Source: an uncultured Candidatus Competibacteraceae bacterium
GTDB lineage: Bacteria > Bacteroidota > Bacteroidia > CAIKAF01
DNA: 54,845 nucleotides
NCBI GenBank assembly: GCA_964473995.1
Contig: CAYYRB010000007.1
Coordinates: 5,605 to 60,449, forward strand
Reading direction: 5' to 3'
The first letter of the stretch is position 1. Each line of letters opens with the position of its first letter. The notes below the pieces were generated by a model. It was not told where the DNA came from. It did not search any database and saw nothing but the letters and a program-made list of their open reading frames with translations. The translations under genes were made by a program, and so were the position numbers. Below are positions 18,601 to 29,688 of this stretch, in pieces.

Positions 18601-20211
18601 TTCACCGCCCCCATTCTCACGAAACTAAACGGCTATCTCACCGGAAATTTGCGGGTGCGTGGATTGTTTGAAGCGCCCATTTTGGAAGGCTCGGCATACA
18701 TTGAGGAAGGACACGTGGAAATTCCCTACATAGGCGGAGTATATAATCTCCAATTCAAACCTGCCAAAAAAATTCGTGTTTCCCGCTACCACATTGACTT
18801 CGGGGAAATCATACTCGAAGATCAAAATTACAGGAAAGCATCCCTGAGGGGCAATATACGTCATCGCGATTTCAAAGACCTGGAACTGTACCTGGAAGTA
18901 AGCGGTGAAGACTTTTTATTTTTTAATGCAAGCAAAGAACAGAGTCCCATTTTCTACGGATCGGCTGTAGCCACCGGGACAGCTGTGATAAAAGGTCCGT
19001 TTGACAGGCTGGATGTAAACGCCAGTGTAAAATCAGAAAAAGGAACCCGCCTATTTATTCCCATGGAGTCGGGTCCCTCTACCGCATCGGAGAACAGTTT
19101 TGTTGTTTTCAGGGATAGCCGAGACACCGCCAAAAAAGGAATTCTGGAAACAAAACCGCGTGAACAAGCCGCCGGCATACAATTAAATGTAGATGCCGAA
19201 ATAAATGAGAATGCGGAAGTCCAGATTATTTTTGATGAATTCAGCGGAGATGTGCTCCGAAGTGCCGGTCGTGGTAATCTGCGCGTAGAGCTTAGTCGTC
19301 AAGGCGATCTGACGATGTTCGGCGATTATGAGGTAATAAAAGGAGATTATCTGTTTACCCTGAAAAATCTGGTAAACAAAAAACTCAAGCTGATTCAAGG
19401 CGGTGCCATTTACTGGACGGGAGATCCATCCAATGCCAAGATTGATGCAGCCGCCAGCTACTCCCTGCGTACATCCGCCTTTCCCCTTTTGGCGGGAAGT
19501 GCAGCTGGCATTTCAGAATCTGAACTGGAACAATTCAAGTCACGCATTCCGGTAGATGTGATCGTGAAATTATCGGGCAATCTGCTGGAACCCCAAATTG
19601 CCTTCGATATCCGCTTCCCTTCGGTAGACGAACGAACCCGGGCGCAGCTAATGCAGGCGTTGGCCACCGAAGATGAAAAAAACAAACAGGCGTTCGCCCT
19701 GTTGGTACTCCGGCAATTCATCAATTCGGGGACGGGAGCGGGTGATGCGGCCAACGTGGCCGGCGGAAATACGCTCGAAGTGCTATCCAACCAATTAAGC
19801 AACTGGGTTTCCCAATTAAGCGAAGGATTGGATGTGGGCGTTCGGTACAGAAACAAAGACAATACCACTTCAGGTCAGGATGAAGTGGAGCTTGCGCTGA
19901 GCACGCGGCTCTTCAATGACCGCGTAAATATTGACGGCAATTTCGGAGTGGCCACCACCAAATCCACCTCAACCACCCCATACAACAACCTGATTGACGT
20001 AAATGTGGAAGTAAAAATCACGGAAGACGGGAAATTACGCATACGGGGCTTCAACCGATCCAACGAGGCCAATATCATCCAAGCGTTTCCTTACACCCAA
20101 GGCGTAGGCGTATCCTACCAAACTACATTTGATGCTTGGAAAGATTTGGTGAAACGGAAAAAGAAACGTTCGGCAAAACCGTCTCCGGCTCAAAAAAAAG
20201 ATACAGACTAA
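15652..20211 (+). CDS. TamB-like translocation/assembly module protein (giant, N-terminal TM anchor, DUF490-type C-terminus)
   Basis: 1519 aa with a single N-terminal TM segment (FFGFLVLGFLALLITLTIFLAF) and a long beta-rich body. The adjacency to tsaD matches a synteny I recall in Bacteroidota. The start must be TTG at 15652, 15664 or 15688, because no ATG precedes the TM segment. Confidence 0.75.
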   Translation: MACILQTQNNRILENPDKNNAKTKRSLFGRILRFFGFLVLGFLALLITLTIFLAFPPVQTWIAQRAAAYFSDKLGITVTIDRVSINLISGNVALRELRVLDHHSDTLLLAGKLETRPDLINLSQPEIVLGETRLSDALFRLHKYPGEDGMNLDYIIRQFRSDQSKDTTGKPVGFKIKKILLENVAFNLLDETADTLPAAFQPGNIRALVSRGEMQDFRIAKDSIIFKVRELKALEQSGSGLQHFETDFVICSTAMLFNNSLLETVQGSFVKGDIGFHYENWTSFSEFVDSVRFDTRIDKSSVKVKDIAFYTDALKNIPLTIRFQGQVKGPVSDMKGRNLELSFGEESFMAMNADVFGLPEIDETLFDIKIKGLDISPKDLSRLKINPDGTGLNIPEEIIRLGKVRYVGRITGSLGNFVTEGIFHSAAGSIATDLQLTTERGFKNPSYRGKIKTVLFDPGILIGDTKTLGPISGEAEMEGKGFDPENMELTLRGDFSKITLLGYPYSGITIKRGYLKNKAFSGNLQINDPNLKLRFEGTTDFSGRIPHFHFKAAMKSADLHALGLYPDTLTINNLVSDIDFTGKSIDNIMGSLVLDSLVFSTARKTHDIGKITLTADSFNTERRLVLSGAPANAELSGDFQLIPLVHNLKFNLNEYFPSFRIPYDKKLASQSQRLDFDIKVNNLNPIFDVFSPQLFVSGGTRLSGKYFSELRTSEVILESESIGFGKLKAADLELFLSTSEKEVDMTLNISRFFVDDSVWFDYVDANAAAFKDSLQAAISWKDDVFKLSRGNIQFVTWLGVPGCYDLYFDHTSVFLKNTEWKLKKGAFLGYSRNALEAYDFSFSSSEGGYLTINGLTDEKRENSLDLVIKDFPLEFFRSLGKNMPQMSGSLSGKAGIYALFDQPFISADLKIDRFTLFDQLFGDFSFISQFIPAEQALKVDGRLNTPAGISLEFTDGRIYPFSKTQNLDLTLGFSRFNIKPAETFTAPILTKLNGYLTGNLRVRGLFEAPILEGSAYIEEGHVEIPYIGGVYNLQFKPAKKIRVSRYHIDFGEIILEDQNYRKASLRGNIRHRDFKDLELYLEVSGEDFLFFNASKEQSPIFYGSAVATGTAVIKGPFDRLDVNASVKSEKGTRLFIPMESGPSTASENSFVVFRDSRDTAKKGILETKPREQAAGIQLNVDAEINENAEVQIIFDEFSGDVLRSAGRGNLRVELSRQGDLTMFGDYEVIKGDYLFTLKNLVNKKLKLIQGGAIYWTGDPSNAKIDAAASYSLRTSAFPLLAGSAAGISESELEQFKSRIPVDVIVKLSGNLLEPQIAFDIRFPSVDERTRAQLMQALATEDEKNKQAFALLVLRQFINSGTGAGDAANVAGGNTLEVLSNQLSNWVSQLSEGLDVGVRYRNKDNTTSGQDEVELALSTRLFNDRVNIDGNFGVATTKSTSTTPYNNLIDVNVEVKITEDGKLRIRGFNRSNEANIIQAFPYTQGVGVSYQTTFDAWKDLVKRKKKRSAKPSPAQKKDTD

Positions 20212-20277
20212 ACACATCGGGCCGATTCATCATATGATTTTTTAGTTTTTGACTTTATTCCCCGTATTTTTGCCTTC

Positions 20278-21939
20278 ATGCTCGCCATATTGAAAGTTTC
20301 CAACTATGCCTTAATCCGTAATCTGGAGGTGCGTTTCCATCCCGGATTTAACGTGATTACGGGCGAAACAGGGGCAGGTAAGTCGGTACTTTTGGGAGCA
20401 TTGGGCCTGCTCACCGGAAAAAGAGCAGACGGCTCTGCGCTTTGGGAAGATCAAAAATGCGTAGTGGAAGGCGAATTCATCATTCCCGACACCCTACGGA
20501 CCTTTTTTGAAAAGGCGGATTTGGATTTTGAAAATCCATGCATCATACGAAGAGAAATATTACCGGGTGGAAAATCCAGGGCATTTGTGAATGACACACC
20601 GGTTAATCTTGCTCTCCTTCAGGAATTAAACCGCTACCTGGTGGATATTCATTCCCAACATGAGGCCTTTTCGCTGGCCGATTCTGAATTTCGTGTATCC
20701 GTCGTGGATGCCGCATCAGAGTGCCGGGATATGGTCGGAAAATTTGGTACGTTACACAAAGAGTTTCTGCTGAAAGAAAAAGAGCTAAAAGAAGAAACTG
20801 CACAATACGAGCAAGACCGGCGCGATCTGGACTATCTGCTTTTTCGGCTAAATGAACTTGATGAAGCAGCCATTCTGGAAAACGAGGAAACCCGCCTCAA
20901 TGAGGAACTGCAGGCACTCACCCACGCCGAAGAAATCCAGTCCGCCCTGTTTTTTGCCATGCAGGGACTGGACGAGGCCGAGGAAAACGTACATTCCCTT
21001 TTGAAAAAGGTCATTCATGCGCTCCGCAAGGTAGAGTCCTTCCAAAAAAATATCGCCTCCACGGCAGATCGTTTAGATTCCGCGCTGGTGGAAATACGGG
21101 ATATTGCATCCGAAATACAGGCCTTGGCCGGAACTGTAGAATCAGACCAAAAACGGCTTGAATTTTTGGCGGAACGCATTGCCCTGCTTCAAAAATTAAA
21201 GAAACAACATGGAGTGACGGATGCGGATCAGTTAATCGAAATCCGTCAACAGTTGCGCGAAAGAGTAAATCTGATTCAACTGGGGGATGAACACCTGAAC
21301 GCCAATCGGAATGGACTGAAAAAGCGGGATGCCGAGCTACGGGAAATTGCCGGGGAATTGCATAAACGACGAAAAAAAGGAGCGGCCCTTTTGGAAAAGC
21401 AGATCAATGAGCACCTCGCCAAACTCAATATGCCCCATGCCCGTTTTATCATTCAGGTGGAAAGCACGGTCGATTTTTTACCCACGGGAATGGACCGGGT
21501 GGATTTTCTGTTTTCAGCCAATCCGGGAACGGAGCCCAAAGATTTGCGGAAAATTGCCTCGGGAGGAGAAATGTCGCGGGTGATGTTGGCCGTAAAAACC
21601 ATTCTTGCCAATTTAAAAAAGTGGCCTACGCTCATTTTCGATGAGATAGATACCGGGATTTCGGGTAAAACGGCTGATTTAGCCGGGGAAATGATGCGCG
21701 AATTGAGCGTAAATGCCCAGGTTATGGCCATCACCCACCTTCCCCAGATTGCCTCGAAAGGCAATATGCATTTCAACGTAAGCAAAAAAGTGAGCGAAGG
21801 CCGCACCGAAACCAATATAGTAGGCCTTTCCGAAAATCAACGTATAGAAGAAATTGCACGCATGCTGAGCGGAGACAAGCTGCTCCCGGAAGCGGTAAAC
21901 AATGCAAAAGCGTTGTTGGAAAGCGTAAAAGGGTACTGA
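20278..21939 (+). CDS. recN: DNA repair protein RecN
   Basis: Walker A GETGAGKS, a central coiled coil, signature SGGEMSR and Walker B LIFDEIDTGISG. Confidence 0.9.
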   Translation: MLAILKVSNYALIRNLEVRFHPGFNVITGETGAGKSVLLGALGLLTGKRADGSALWEDQKCVVEGEFIIPDTLRTFFEKADLDFENPCIIRREILPGGKSRAFVNDTPVNLALLQELNRYLVDIHSQHEAFSLADSEFRVSVVDAASECRDMVGKFGTLHKEFLLKEKELKEETAQYEQDRRDLDYLLFRLNELDEAAILENEETRLNEELQALTHAEEIQSALFFAMQGLDEAEENVHSLLKKVIHALRKVESFQKNIASTADRLDSALVEIRDIASEIQALAGTVESDQKRLEFLAERIALLQKLKKQHGVTDADQLIEIRQQLRERVNLIQLGDEHLNANRNGLKKRDAELREIAGELHKRRKKGAALLEKQINEHLAKLNMPHARFIIQVESTVDFLPTGMDRVDFLFSANPGTEPKDLRKIASGGEMSRVMLAVKTILANLKKWPTLIFDEIDTGISGKTADLAGEMMRELSVNAQVMAITHLPQIASKGNMHFNVSKKVSEGRTETNIVGLSENQRIEEIARMLSGDKLLPEAVNNAKALLESVKGY

Positions 21940-21983
21940 TTTTCCCCCATTTTTATTGATTAGCTTTGTGCTAAAATTGAATC

Positions 21984-22772
21984 ATGCTGCAGCAGCGCCC
22001 CCTTATTTTAGTTTGTAACGACGACGGTGTTTTTGCTCCGGGAATACACGCATTGATTGATGTGGTGCGTGAGTTCGGAGATATCATCGTGGTAGCTCCC
22101 GATGGCCCCCAGTCGGGAATGGGTCATGCGGTAACAATCAGTGACACCATCAAAATTGCCGACATGTCCAAAGAAGCGGACTATCTGAAATTCAGTTGTT
22201 CGGGCACGCCGGTAGATTGCGTAAAAATTGCCGTCAACAAATTGGCTCCACGCCGTCCGGATTTGGTGGTTTCGGGAATTAATCACGGAAGCAACTCCTC
22301 CATCAACGTCATTTACAGTGGTACCATGTCAGCTGCGGTGGAAGGCGCCGTGATGGGAATTCCCTCCATCGGATTTTCGCTCTGCGATTATGCATACGAT
22401 GCCGATTTTGAATCCTCCAAAAGGTTTATCCGGCAGATTGTCGGCATAGTCCTATCTTCAGGACTGCCTGAAGGAGTATGCCTGAATGTAAATATCCCCA
22501 AGGGAAAAGACCTGAAAGGAATAAAAGTAGGAAGACAAGCCAAAGCCTTCTGGGACGAGGAGCTTGATGAACGCAAAGATCCGAGAGGCGGAACCTATTT
22601 TTGGCTTACCGGTATTTTTCGTGTTCCCGATGAAGGTGCAGACACCGACGAAGCCGCACTCGCCGCGGGATACATTTCCGTAGTGCCGATTCAATATGAC
22701 CTCACGGCCTACAAACATCTGCAAACCATTAAAGCACAACTCGAAGATGTGGGAAAAACTGAAAAAGGATGA
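21984..22772 (+). CDS. surE: 5'/3'-nucleotidase SurE
   Basis: The N-terminus ILVCNDDGVFAPGI and the 262-aa length fit SurE. Confidence 0.9.
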   Translation: MLQQRPLILVCNDDGVFAPGIHALIDVVREFGDIIVVAPDGPQSGMGHAVTISDTIKIADMSKEADYLKFSCSGTPVDCVKIAVNKLAPRRPDLVVSGINHGSNSSINVIYSGTMSAAVEGAVMGIPSIGFSLCDYAYDADFESSKRFIRQIVGIVLSSGLPEGVCLNVNIPKGKDLKGIKVGRQAKAFWDEELDERKDPRGGTYFWLTGIFRVPDEGADTDEAALAAGYISVVPIQYDLTAYKHLQTIKAQLEDVGKTEKG

Positions 22773-23058
22773 TTTTTGGTATGGATTCTTCATGGGACTC
22801 CTAGTTCCCGTTGTTGTATTCATTCTGGTATGGTTTATTGACGATTACCTTGCTCACATGCAAAAGGTGCGTACCGTAATAAAGGATTCCACCAAACTGC
22901 TGATCGGGGTATTTTTCAATCTGATTCTTTTCCGCTATTTCATGGTAAAATGGTATTTGGACAAAACCGGAAGAGGATTGCTGGCCATCACATTTTTATG
23001 GGCCATTCTTTATCTGATTATTTTTCAGCTTTTGGATAAAAAATACGTGTTTACTTAG
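22747..23058 (+). CDS. Small membrane protein (about 100 aa, 3 predicted TM segments)
   Basis: Starts MWEKLKKDDFWYGFFMGLLVPVVVFILVWF. It overlaps the surE 3' end and abuts lpxB. The start is uncertain; ATG 22792 is also possible. Confidence 0.55.
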   Translation: MWEKLKKDDFWYGFFMGLLVPVVVFILVWFIDDYLAHMQKVRTVIKDSTKLLIGVFFNLILFRYFMVKWYLDKTGRGLLAITFLWAILYLIIFQLLDKKYVFT

Positions 23059-24150
23059 GTGAAATATTACATCCTTACAGGCGAAGCATCCGGCGATCTG
23101 CATGCCTCCAATCTGGTAAAGGCACTTCGCCGTATGGACCAACATGCATCATTCCGTGCCTGGGGAGGCGATCACCTGCAGGAAGCGGGCGTAAAGCCCG
23201 TGAAGCATATCCGAGATTTGGCATTTATGGGTTTTGTGGAAGTAGTGGCCAACCTGCCGGCCATACTTAGAAATTTTAGGTTTTGCAAAAAAGACATTTT
23301 GGATTTTAAACCCGATCTGCTCATCTTAATCGACTACCCCGGATTTAACATGCGCATGGCGGAATGGGCCAAAAAAAAAGGAATTAAAACCGCCTATTAT
23401 ATTACTCCGCAGGTATGGGCCTGGAAACAAAAAAGAGCTCACCAACTGGGCAAGATTTCCGATTTGATTCTGACCATTCTTCCGTTTGAAAAAGACTTTT
23501 TTAAAAAATTTCAGGTAGAAGCCCACTATGTGGGTCACCCACTGTTGGATGCATTGGCTAATATCCCGAAACGTAATCCTATGGAGGGAAGGGTTGCGAT
23601 TTTACCGGGAAGCCGTAAAATGGAAATTCGCAATATGCTTCCCGTTATGCTTGAAGCGGCTGATTCTTTTCCGAACCTACGGTTTGTCATTGCCGGGGCA
23701 CCTTCCATTGACAAAGCATATTACGATTCCTTTTTGCAAGGACGAAACATACCCGTGGTTTTCGGACAGACCTACACGATACTTGCCGAATCGCAGGCGG
23801 CCTGGGTCACATCGGGCACGGCCACCCTGGAAACAGCCCTGTTGGGAACTCCTCAGGTGGTATGTTACAAAGGAAATCAGATTTCCTACCAGATCGTAAA
23901 ACAATGGATCAGGGTGCCTTACATCTCTTTGGTCAACCTTATTTTAAATAAGCCTCTGGTACGTGAACTCATACAACATGACCTTAACCCCGAAAATTTA
24001 CGCAGGGAGTTACCCCGTCTATTGCATGAAGAAATGTGTTCAAAAGAAATAAAAGAAGGATATCGGGAACTCCGAGAAAAATTGGGAGGTGAAGGTGCCT
24101 CCGAAAGAGCTGCAGAATTGATTTTGGCAAAATTCGAAAACAAAAAATAG
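23059..24150 (+). CDS. lpxB: Lipid-A-disaccharide synthase
   Basis: A GTG start gives (M)KYYILTGEASGDLHASNLVKAL, a typical LpxB N-terminus. Confidence 0.9.
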   Translation: MKYYILTGEASGDLHASNLVKALRRMDQHASFRAWGGDHLQEAGVKPVKHIRDLAFMGFVEVVANLPAILRNFRFCKKDILDFKPDLLILIDYPGFNMRMAEWAKKKGIKTAYYITPQVWAWKQKRAHQLGKISDLILTILPFEKDFFKKFQVEAHYVGHPLLDALANIPKRNPMEGRVAILPGSRKMEIRNMLPVMLEAADSFPNLRFVIAGAPSIDKAYYDSFLQGRNIPVVFGQTYTILAESQAAWVTSGTATLETALLGTPQVVCYKGNQISYQIVKQWIRVPYISLVNLILNKPLVRELIQHDLNPENLRRELPRLLHEEMCSKEIKEGYRELREKLGGEGASERAAELILAKFENKK

Positions 24151-24154
24151 CGGA

Positions 24155-24952
24155 CTACTTGCCGTAGTTTATTTTCATCTCTACCGGCGCAACGGCTATC
24201 GGTTTACGATCTGATTCGCGAAAACAATTTTTCCAGATAATAAACAAATCGGCAAACTGCATATCCGAGACACGTGCAGGAATACGGTAATCCAGCGTGA
24301 ATTTATCCTCCCCTCCCTTTTCCAACAGGTTGGGTTTTACTCCAACGTTAAATACGGCAAACTCCTCCCCCGAAGGAACCCTGCAGACAGCTTTTATAGG
24401 GTCTACGATACCCACTTTATCTCCGTTATACACCACACTGAACCGCACCTGAGTGGCATCCGTTTTTTTTGAAACGTCAATCATTTTCACGGAAAAAGGA
24501 CCGGCATTGAATTGAACGGCAGAGGCCGGTAATTTAAAATCAGGGGCAGCGTGGGCCTTCCCCTCGGCAGAAACCTCATACATTCCGGAAAGCATCAGCG
24601 TGTAAGAAGCCTGCCTGTAATCGCCGCCACCTTTTGACTCCACCACGCGGGTTGCGAATTCATAAGGCTTGGCAAATTGCATTCTGTCTCTGGTCGGTCT
24701 TGTGTCGCCAAACGGAAATTTAAAAACCGATTCTGAGGGATCGTACACAATAAAATTTTGGCTCTTATTCTGAAACCGGATTTTAAATTTGGAAAAATCT
24801 GATTGGGCAACCGCATCCACAATGTAAATTTTTACCAGGGAATTTTCCCATTCGGCGTTGGAATAAATAACCGTCTTACCACCGACAGCCTGAGCTCGCG
24901 CCAAATTAACGGCCCATACACCGAACAGGATAAAAAGTACTAATTTTTTCAT
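24155..24952 (-). CDS. Secreted hypothetical protein (265 aa)
   Basis: Signal peptide [22 protein letters not shown] and a beta-rich sequence. I recognise no motif. Confidence 0.6.
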   Translation of the reverse strand: MKKLVLFILFGVWAVNLARAQAVGGKTVIYSNAEWENSLVKIYIVDAVAQSDFSKFKIRFQNKSQNFIVYDPSESVFKFPFGDTRPTRDRMQFAKPYEFATRVVESKGGGDYRQASYTLMLSGMYEVSAEGKAHAAPDFKLPASAVQFNAGPFSVKMIDVSKKTDATQVRFSVVYNGDKVGIVDPIKAVCRVPSGEEFAVFNVGVKPNLLEKGGEDKFTLDYRIPARVSDMQFADLFIIWKNCFRESDRKPIAVAPVEMKINYGK

Positions 24953-25084
24953 GGCAGAATATTTTTGGCTAAGTTACAAGAAACCAGAAATGGAAAAACG
25001 GATTCGGTTTTTAATTTTAGCCCTGTTGATTAAACTTATTGGCATAACTTTTGTTATGATGGGACAAAAAAATAAACACACAAA

Positions 25085-25741
25085 ATGAAAAAAACACTTT
25101 TAAATGTTCTTGGAGGAGCTACCCTCGTACTCCTATTAACGTCATGCGGAAATAAAAACGCCAACACCGAAGGTGAAAAAACAGCCGCACAAGCTGACTC
25201 TGCCGCTAAAGAGTACGTGGTATCTGCAGAACAATCCACCTTGGGATGGACAGCCACTAAAAAAATAGGCGAAGGTCATAACGGAAAAATCAAATTGGCT
25301 TCAGGCAATCTTAACCTGACCGGCGCTGATGTGAAAGCGGGCAAGTTTGACATTGATATGAAGTCCATCAGTTGCGATGACCTTACCGATCCAAAGAAAA
25401 ATGCCGACTTTTTAGGACATATTGCCAGTGACGATTTCTTCTCCGTAGAGAAATTCCCCATGAGCTCTTTCGAAATCACAGGAGCTGAAAAAGGTGCCGA
25501 AGCGGGAATGACCAACGTGAAAGGCAACCTGACCATCAAAGGCATCACTAAAAACATAACTATTCCCGCCAAAGTGAGTGTGGAAGGTGAAATGGCAAAG
25601 GTAGCTGCCGATTTTTCGATAGACCGCACAGAGTGGGATATTAAATACGGTTCAGGAAAATTCTTTACCGATTTGGGTGACAGAATCATCAATGACAACA
25701 TTGATTTCAAATTGGACTTATCAGCCTCTCTGAAAAAATAG
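25085..25741 (+). CDS. YceI-family lipoprotein
   Basis: Lipobox LLLTSCGN. YceI-like pattern in STLGWTATKKIGEGHNGKI...GNLTIKGITKNITIPAKV. Confidence 0.8.
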   Translation: MKKTLLNVLGGATLVLLLTSCGNKNANTEGEKTAAQADSAAKEYVVSAEQSTLGWTATKKIGEGHNGKIKLASGNLNLTGADVKAGKFDIDMKSISCDDLTDPKKNADFLGHIASDDFFSVEKFPMSSFEITGAEKGAEAGMTNVKGNLTIKGITKNITIPAKVSVEGEMAKVAADFSIDRTEWDIKYGSGKFFTDLGDRIINDNIDFKLDLSASLKK

Positions 25742-25756
25742 TTCACCATTCGTTTT

Positions 25757-25787
25757 AAAAAAAGCCGGTTTACCCGGCTTTTTTTTT
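25757..25787 (+). terminator. Rho-independent terminator after the YceI gene
   Basis: aaaaaagccgg-tttac-ccggcttttttttt. The hairpin is followed by a run of 9 T. Confidence 0.75.
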
Positions 25788-25834
25788 GCCCGAAAAATCA
25801 CATTAAGGAAGATCGGGAAATACCTGTCCACCAT

Positions 25835-25848
25835 AAGTGGGCCCACTT
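25835..25848. other. Perfect 14-nt palindrome AAGTGGGCCCACTT
   Basis: aagtgggcccactt equals its own reverse complement and is followed by ttttcttt. It lies between the YceI terminator and the MFS promoter region. Confidence 0.5.
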
Positions 25849-25950
25849 TTTCTTTACCCTGATACTTTTCATTAAACAGTATACCATGCGTAAAAACACG
25901 GAGGAGATTCAATTTCTGTTTATTCAGCTTTTCTAGCCAATATAACTCCA

Positions 25951-25979
25951 TTGCCTTTCATTTTTTTGCCCTATACTTG
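25951..25979 (+). promoter_or_regulatory. Candidate promoter for the MFS gene (TTG-N18-TATACTTG)
   Basis: TTG lies at 25951-25953. TATACTTG at 25972-25979 has one mismatch to TAnnTTTG, and 21 nt separate it from ATG 26001. Confidence 0.3.
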
Positions 25980-26000
25980 CAATACAACATTCGGCACAAC

Positions 26001-27233
26001 ATGGCACTCCGCATAAAAGACCCTAAAGTATTACTCATCGTGGTAGCTTCATTGGGTTATTTCGTAGACATCTACGATCTGATTCTCTTCAATGTGGTGA
26101 AGAAAGAAAGCCTTTTATCTATCGGTGTAGCAGAAAATGAACTCAAAAACTGGGAGATTTTTCTATTTAACTGGCAAATGGGAGGTATGCTGGTTGGTGG
26201 CATTTTATGGGGCATTTTGGGAGATACGAAAGGACGGCTAAAGGTGCTTTTCGGTTCCATTCTGATGTATTCGCTGGCCAATATCGCCAACGCCTACGTA
26301 TGGAATACGGAGTCTTACGCGGTTGTACGTTTTTTGGCGGGAGTAGGTCTTGCGGGTGAACTTGGCGCGGGCATTACCCTGGTTTCCGAAATTATGGATA
26401 AGGAAAAACGGGGCTACGGCACCATGATCATCGTTACTTTCGGCGCATTGGGGGCCGTATTTGCCGCTCTCGTGGGTGATTTTTTTTCCTGGAAGACGGC
26501 TTACTGGACGGGTGGGCTGATGGGTCTGGCGCTTTTACTCATGCGCGTTGGTACCATCGAATCGGGAATGTTCAGGGAAATGCAAAAATCTTCAGTTAAA
26601 AAAGGAGATTTCTTTGCCCTCTTTGTTCATCCCCGGCGGATGATCAAATACATGCATTGTATTTTTCTGGGGCTACCGGTATGGTATGTGGTAGGCGTGC
26701 TCATCGCATTGTCGGAAAGTTATTTCGAGCCTATGCTGCAAATCGGAGAGAAAATAGAAACAGGAAAAGCCATCATGTTTTGTTATATCGGACTTTCCGC
26801 CGGTGATCTGCTTTCCGGACTGATGAGTCAATGGTGGCGAAGCCGCCTAAAAGTGGTGATTACCTACCTGTTATTTTGTGCATTTACCGTTATTCTTTTC
26901 CTTTTTTCCACCCGTGGAATGGGAGCTTCCTACTTTTATTTTGTTTGCTTCCTATTGGGTACAGCCACCGGCTACTGGGCTCTTTTTGTGAGCATAGCGG
27001 CGGAACAATTCGGTACGAATATACGGGCCACCGTAACCACCACCGTTCCCAATTTTGTGCGGGGAGCGGTTATTCCCATTACATTTTCTTTTAAATCATT
27101 AGCCGAGATTCCCGGTCTCGGAATATTCGGAAGTGCCTTAATCGTAGGCGGAATTTGCCTTATTTTATCGCTGATATCATCGCTTTCTCTGAAGGATACT
27201 TTTGGTCGCGATTTACATTTTATGGAAGAATAA
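26001..27233 (+). CDS. MFS transporter
   Basis: About 12 hydrophobic segments and the MFS loop motif GDTKGRLKV. I use the first ATG (MALRIKDPKV...); the track start is a TTG at 25977. Confidence 0.8.
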   Translation: MALRIKDPKVLLIVVASLGYFVDIYDLILFNVVKKESLLSIGVAENELKNWEIFLFNWQMGGMLVGGILWGILGDTKGRLKVLFGSILMYSLANIANAYVWNTESYAVVRFLAGVGLAGELGAGITLVSEIMDKEKRGYGTMIIVTFGALGAVFAALVGDFFSWKTAYWTGGLMGLALLLMRVGTIESGMFREMQKSSVKKGDFFALFVHPRRMIKYMHCIFLGLPVWYVVGVLIALSESYFEPMLQIGEKIETGKAIMFCYIGLSAGDLLSGLMSQWWRSRLKVVITYLLFCAFTVILFLFSTRGMGASYFYFVCFLLGTATGYWALFVSIAAEQFGTNIRATVTTTVPNFVRGAVIPITFSFKSLAEIPGLGIFGSALIVGGICLILSLISSLSLKDTFGRDLHFMEE

Positions 27234-27237
27234 ACGT

Positions 27238-28104
27238 ATGCATACCTTTCACCGAAACAGCCTTTTTGCAGCCGTTTTCCTGTTCCTAGGATTTGGTCCG
27301 CTGCTTTATGCTCAAAAAAGTATTTTCTGGAAAATTTCCGGTCCGGGACTCAAAGACACCTCTTACCTGTTCGGCACCATACACCTGATTCCATCAGACC
27401 GGTTTTTTCTTCCCGAAGGAACCGAAAAGGCCCTTTTTTCCTGCCGAAAACTGGTGTTGGAAATGGACCTGTCCGACCCTACCCTTCAACTGAAAGTGAT
27501 GGCTGCGATGATGATGGATTCAGGCAAAACACTCGAAAATCTTTACACATCCGCCCGCTACAAAACCTTGAGCCGAAATCTGGAAAACAACTATGGTTTA
27601 TCCATTGATTTCTTTGCCCGGATGAAACCCGTGCTTCTGCAACAGACCCTGATGGTAAAAAATATGACAGGTGCTGGATTTAAATCGTATGAAAAAGAAT
27701 TTCAGGCAATGGCAGAAAAAAGTGCCATTCCCATCGGCGGGCTTGAAACGGTGGAAGATCAGATTCGGGCTCTTTCCGCCATGACTTTAGAGAAACAAGC
27801 CGAATCCTTATTTAAGACAGCAAAAAAACCACATGCGGGAGAGCGGGCATTCCGTAAAATGGTCGCTCTTTATGTATCTCAGGATTTGGAAGGCATGCTG
27901 AACGGTATTTCAAAGGGAAACCAGGATTTTGAAGACTATGGAGACGCACTTCTGAAAAACAGAAACAAAAACTGGATTGATCCCATGTGCACGATGATGA
28001 AGGAAGGGCCCGTGTTTTTTGCCGTAGGAGCGGGCCACCTGGGTGGAGACGACGGGGTGATTGCCCTGCTCAGGGCTGTAGGCTACAATGTAACCCCCTT
28101 TTAA
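27238..28104 (+). CDS. TraB/GumN family protein
   Basis: Motifs YLFGTIHLIP and FFAVGAGHLGGDDGVI, with a signal peptide from ATG 27238. Confidence 0.8.
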   Translation: MHTFHRNSLFAAVFLFLGFGPLLYAQKSIFWKISGPGLKDTSYLFGTIHLIPSDRFFLPEGTEKALFSCRKLVLEMDLSDPTLQLKVMAAMMMDSGKTLENLYTSARYKTLSRNLENNYGLSIDFFARMKPVLLQQTLMVKNMTGAGFKSYEKEFQAMAEKSAIPIGGLETVEDQIRALSAMTLEKQAESLFKTAKKPHAGERAFRKMVALYVSQDLEGMLNGISKGNQDFEDYGDALLKNRNKNWIDPMCTMMKEGPVFFAVGAGHLGGDDGVIALLRAVGYNVTPF

Positions 28105-28115
28105 CGCAATTTTAA

Positions 28116-29660
<1,545 letters not shown>

Positions 29661-29688
29661 GTTAAGTCTGTTTTAAAGTTTCTGATAT

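Noticed and set aside
25721-25951. 76-aa minus-strand ORF in the YceI/MFS spacer
   Set aside because: It reads through the YceI terminator hairpin and the palindrome, and it has no recognisable features. It is likely non-coding.
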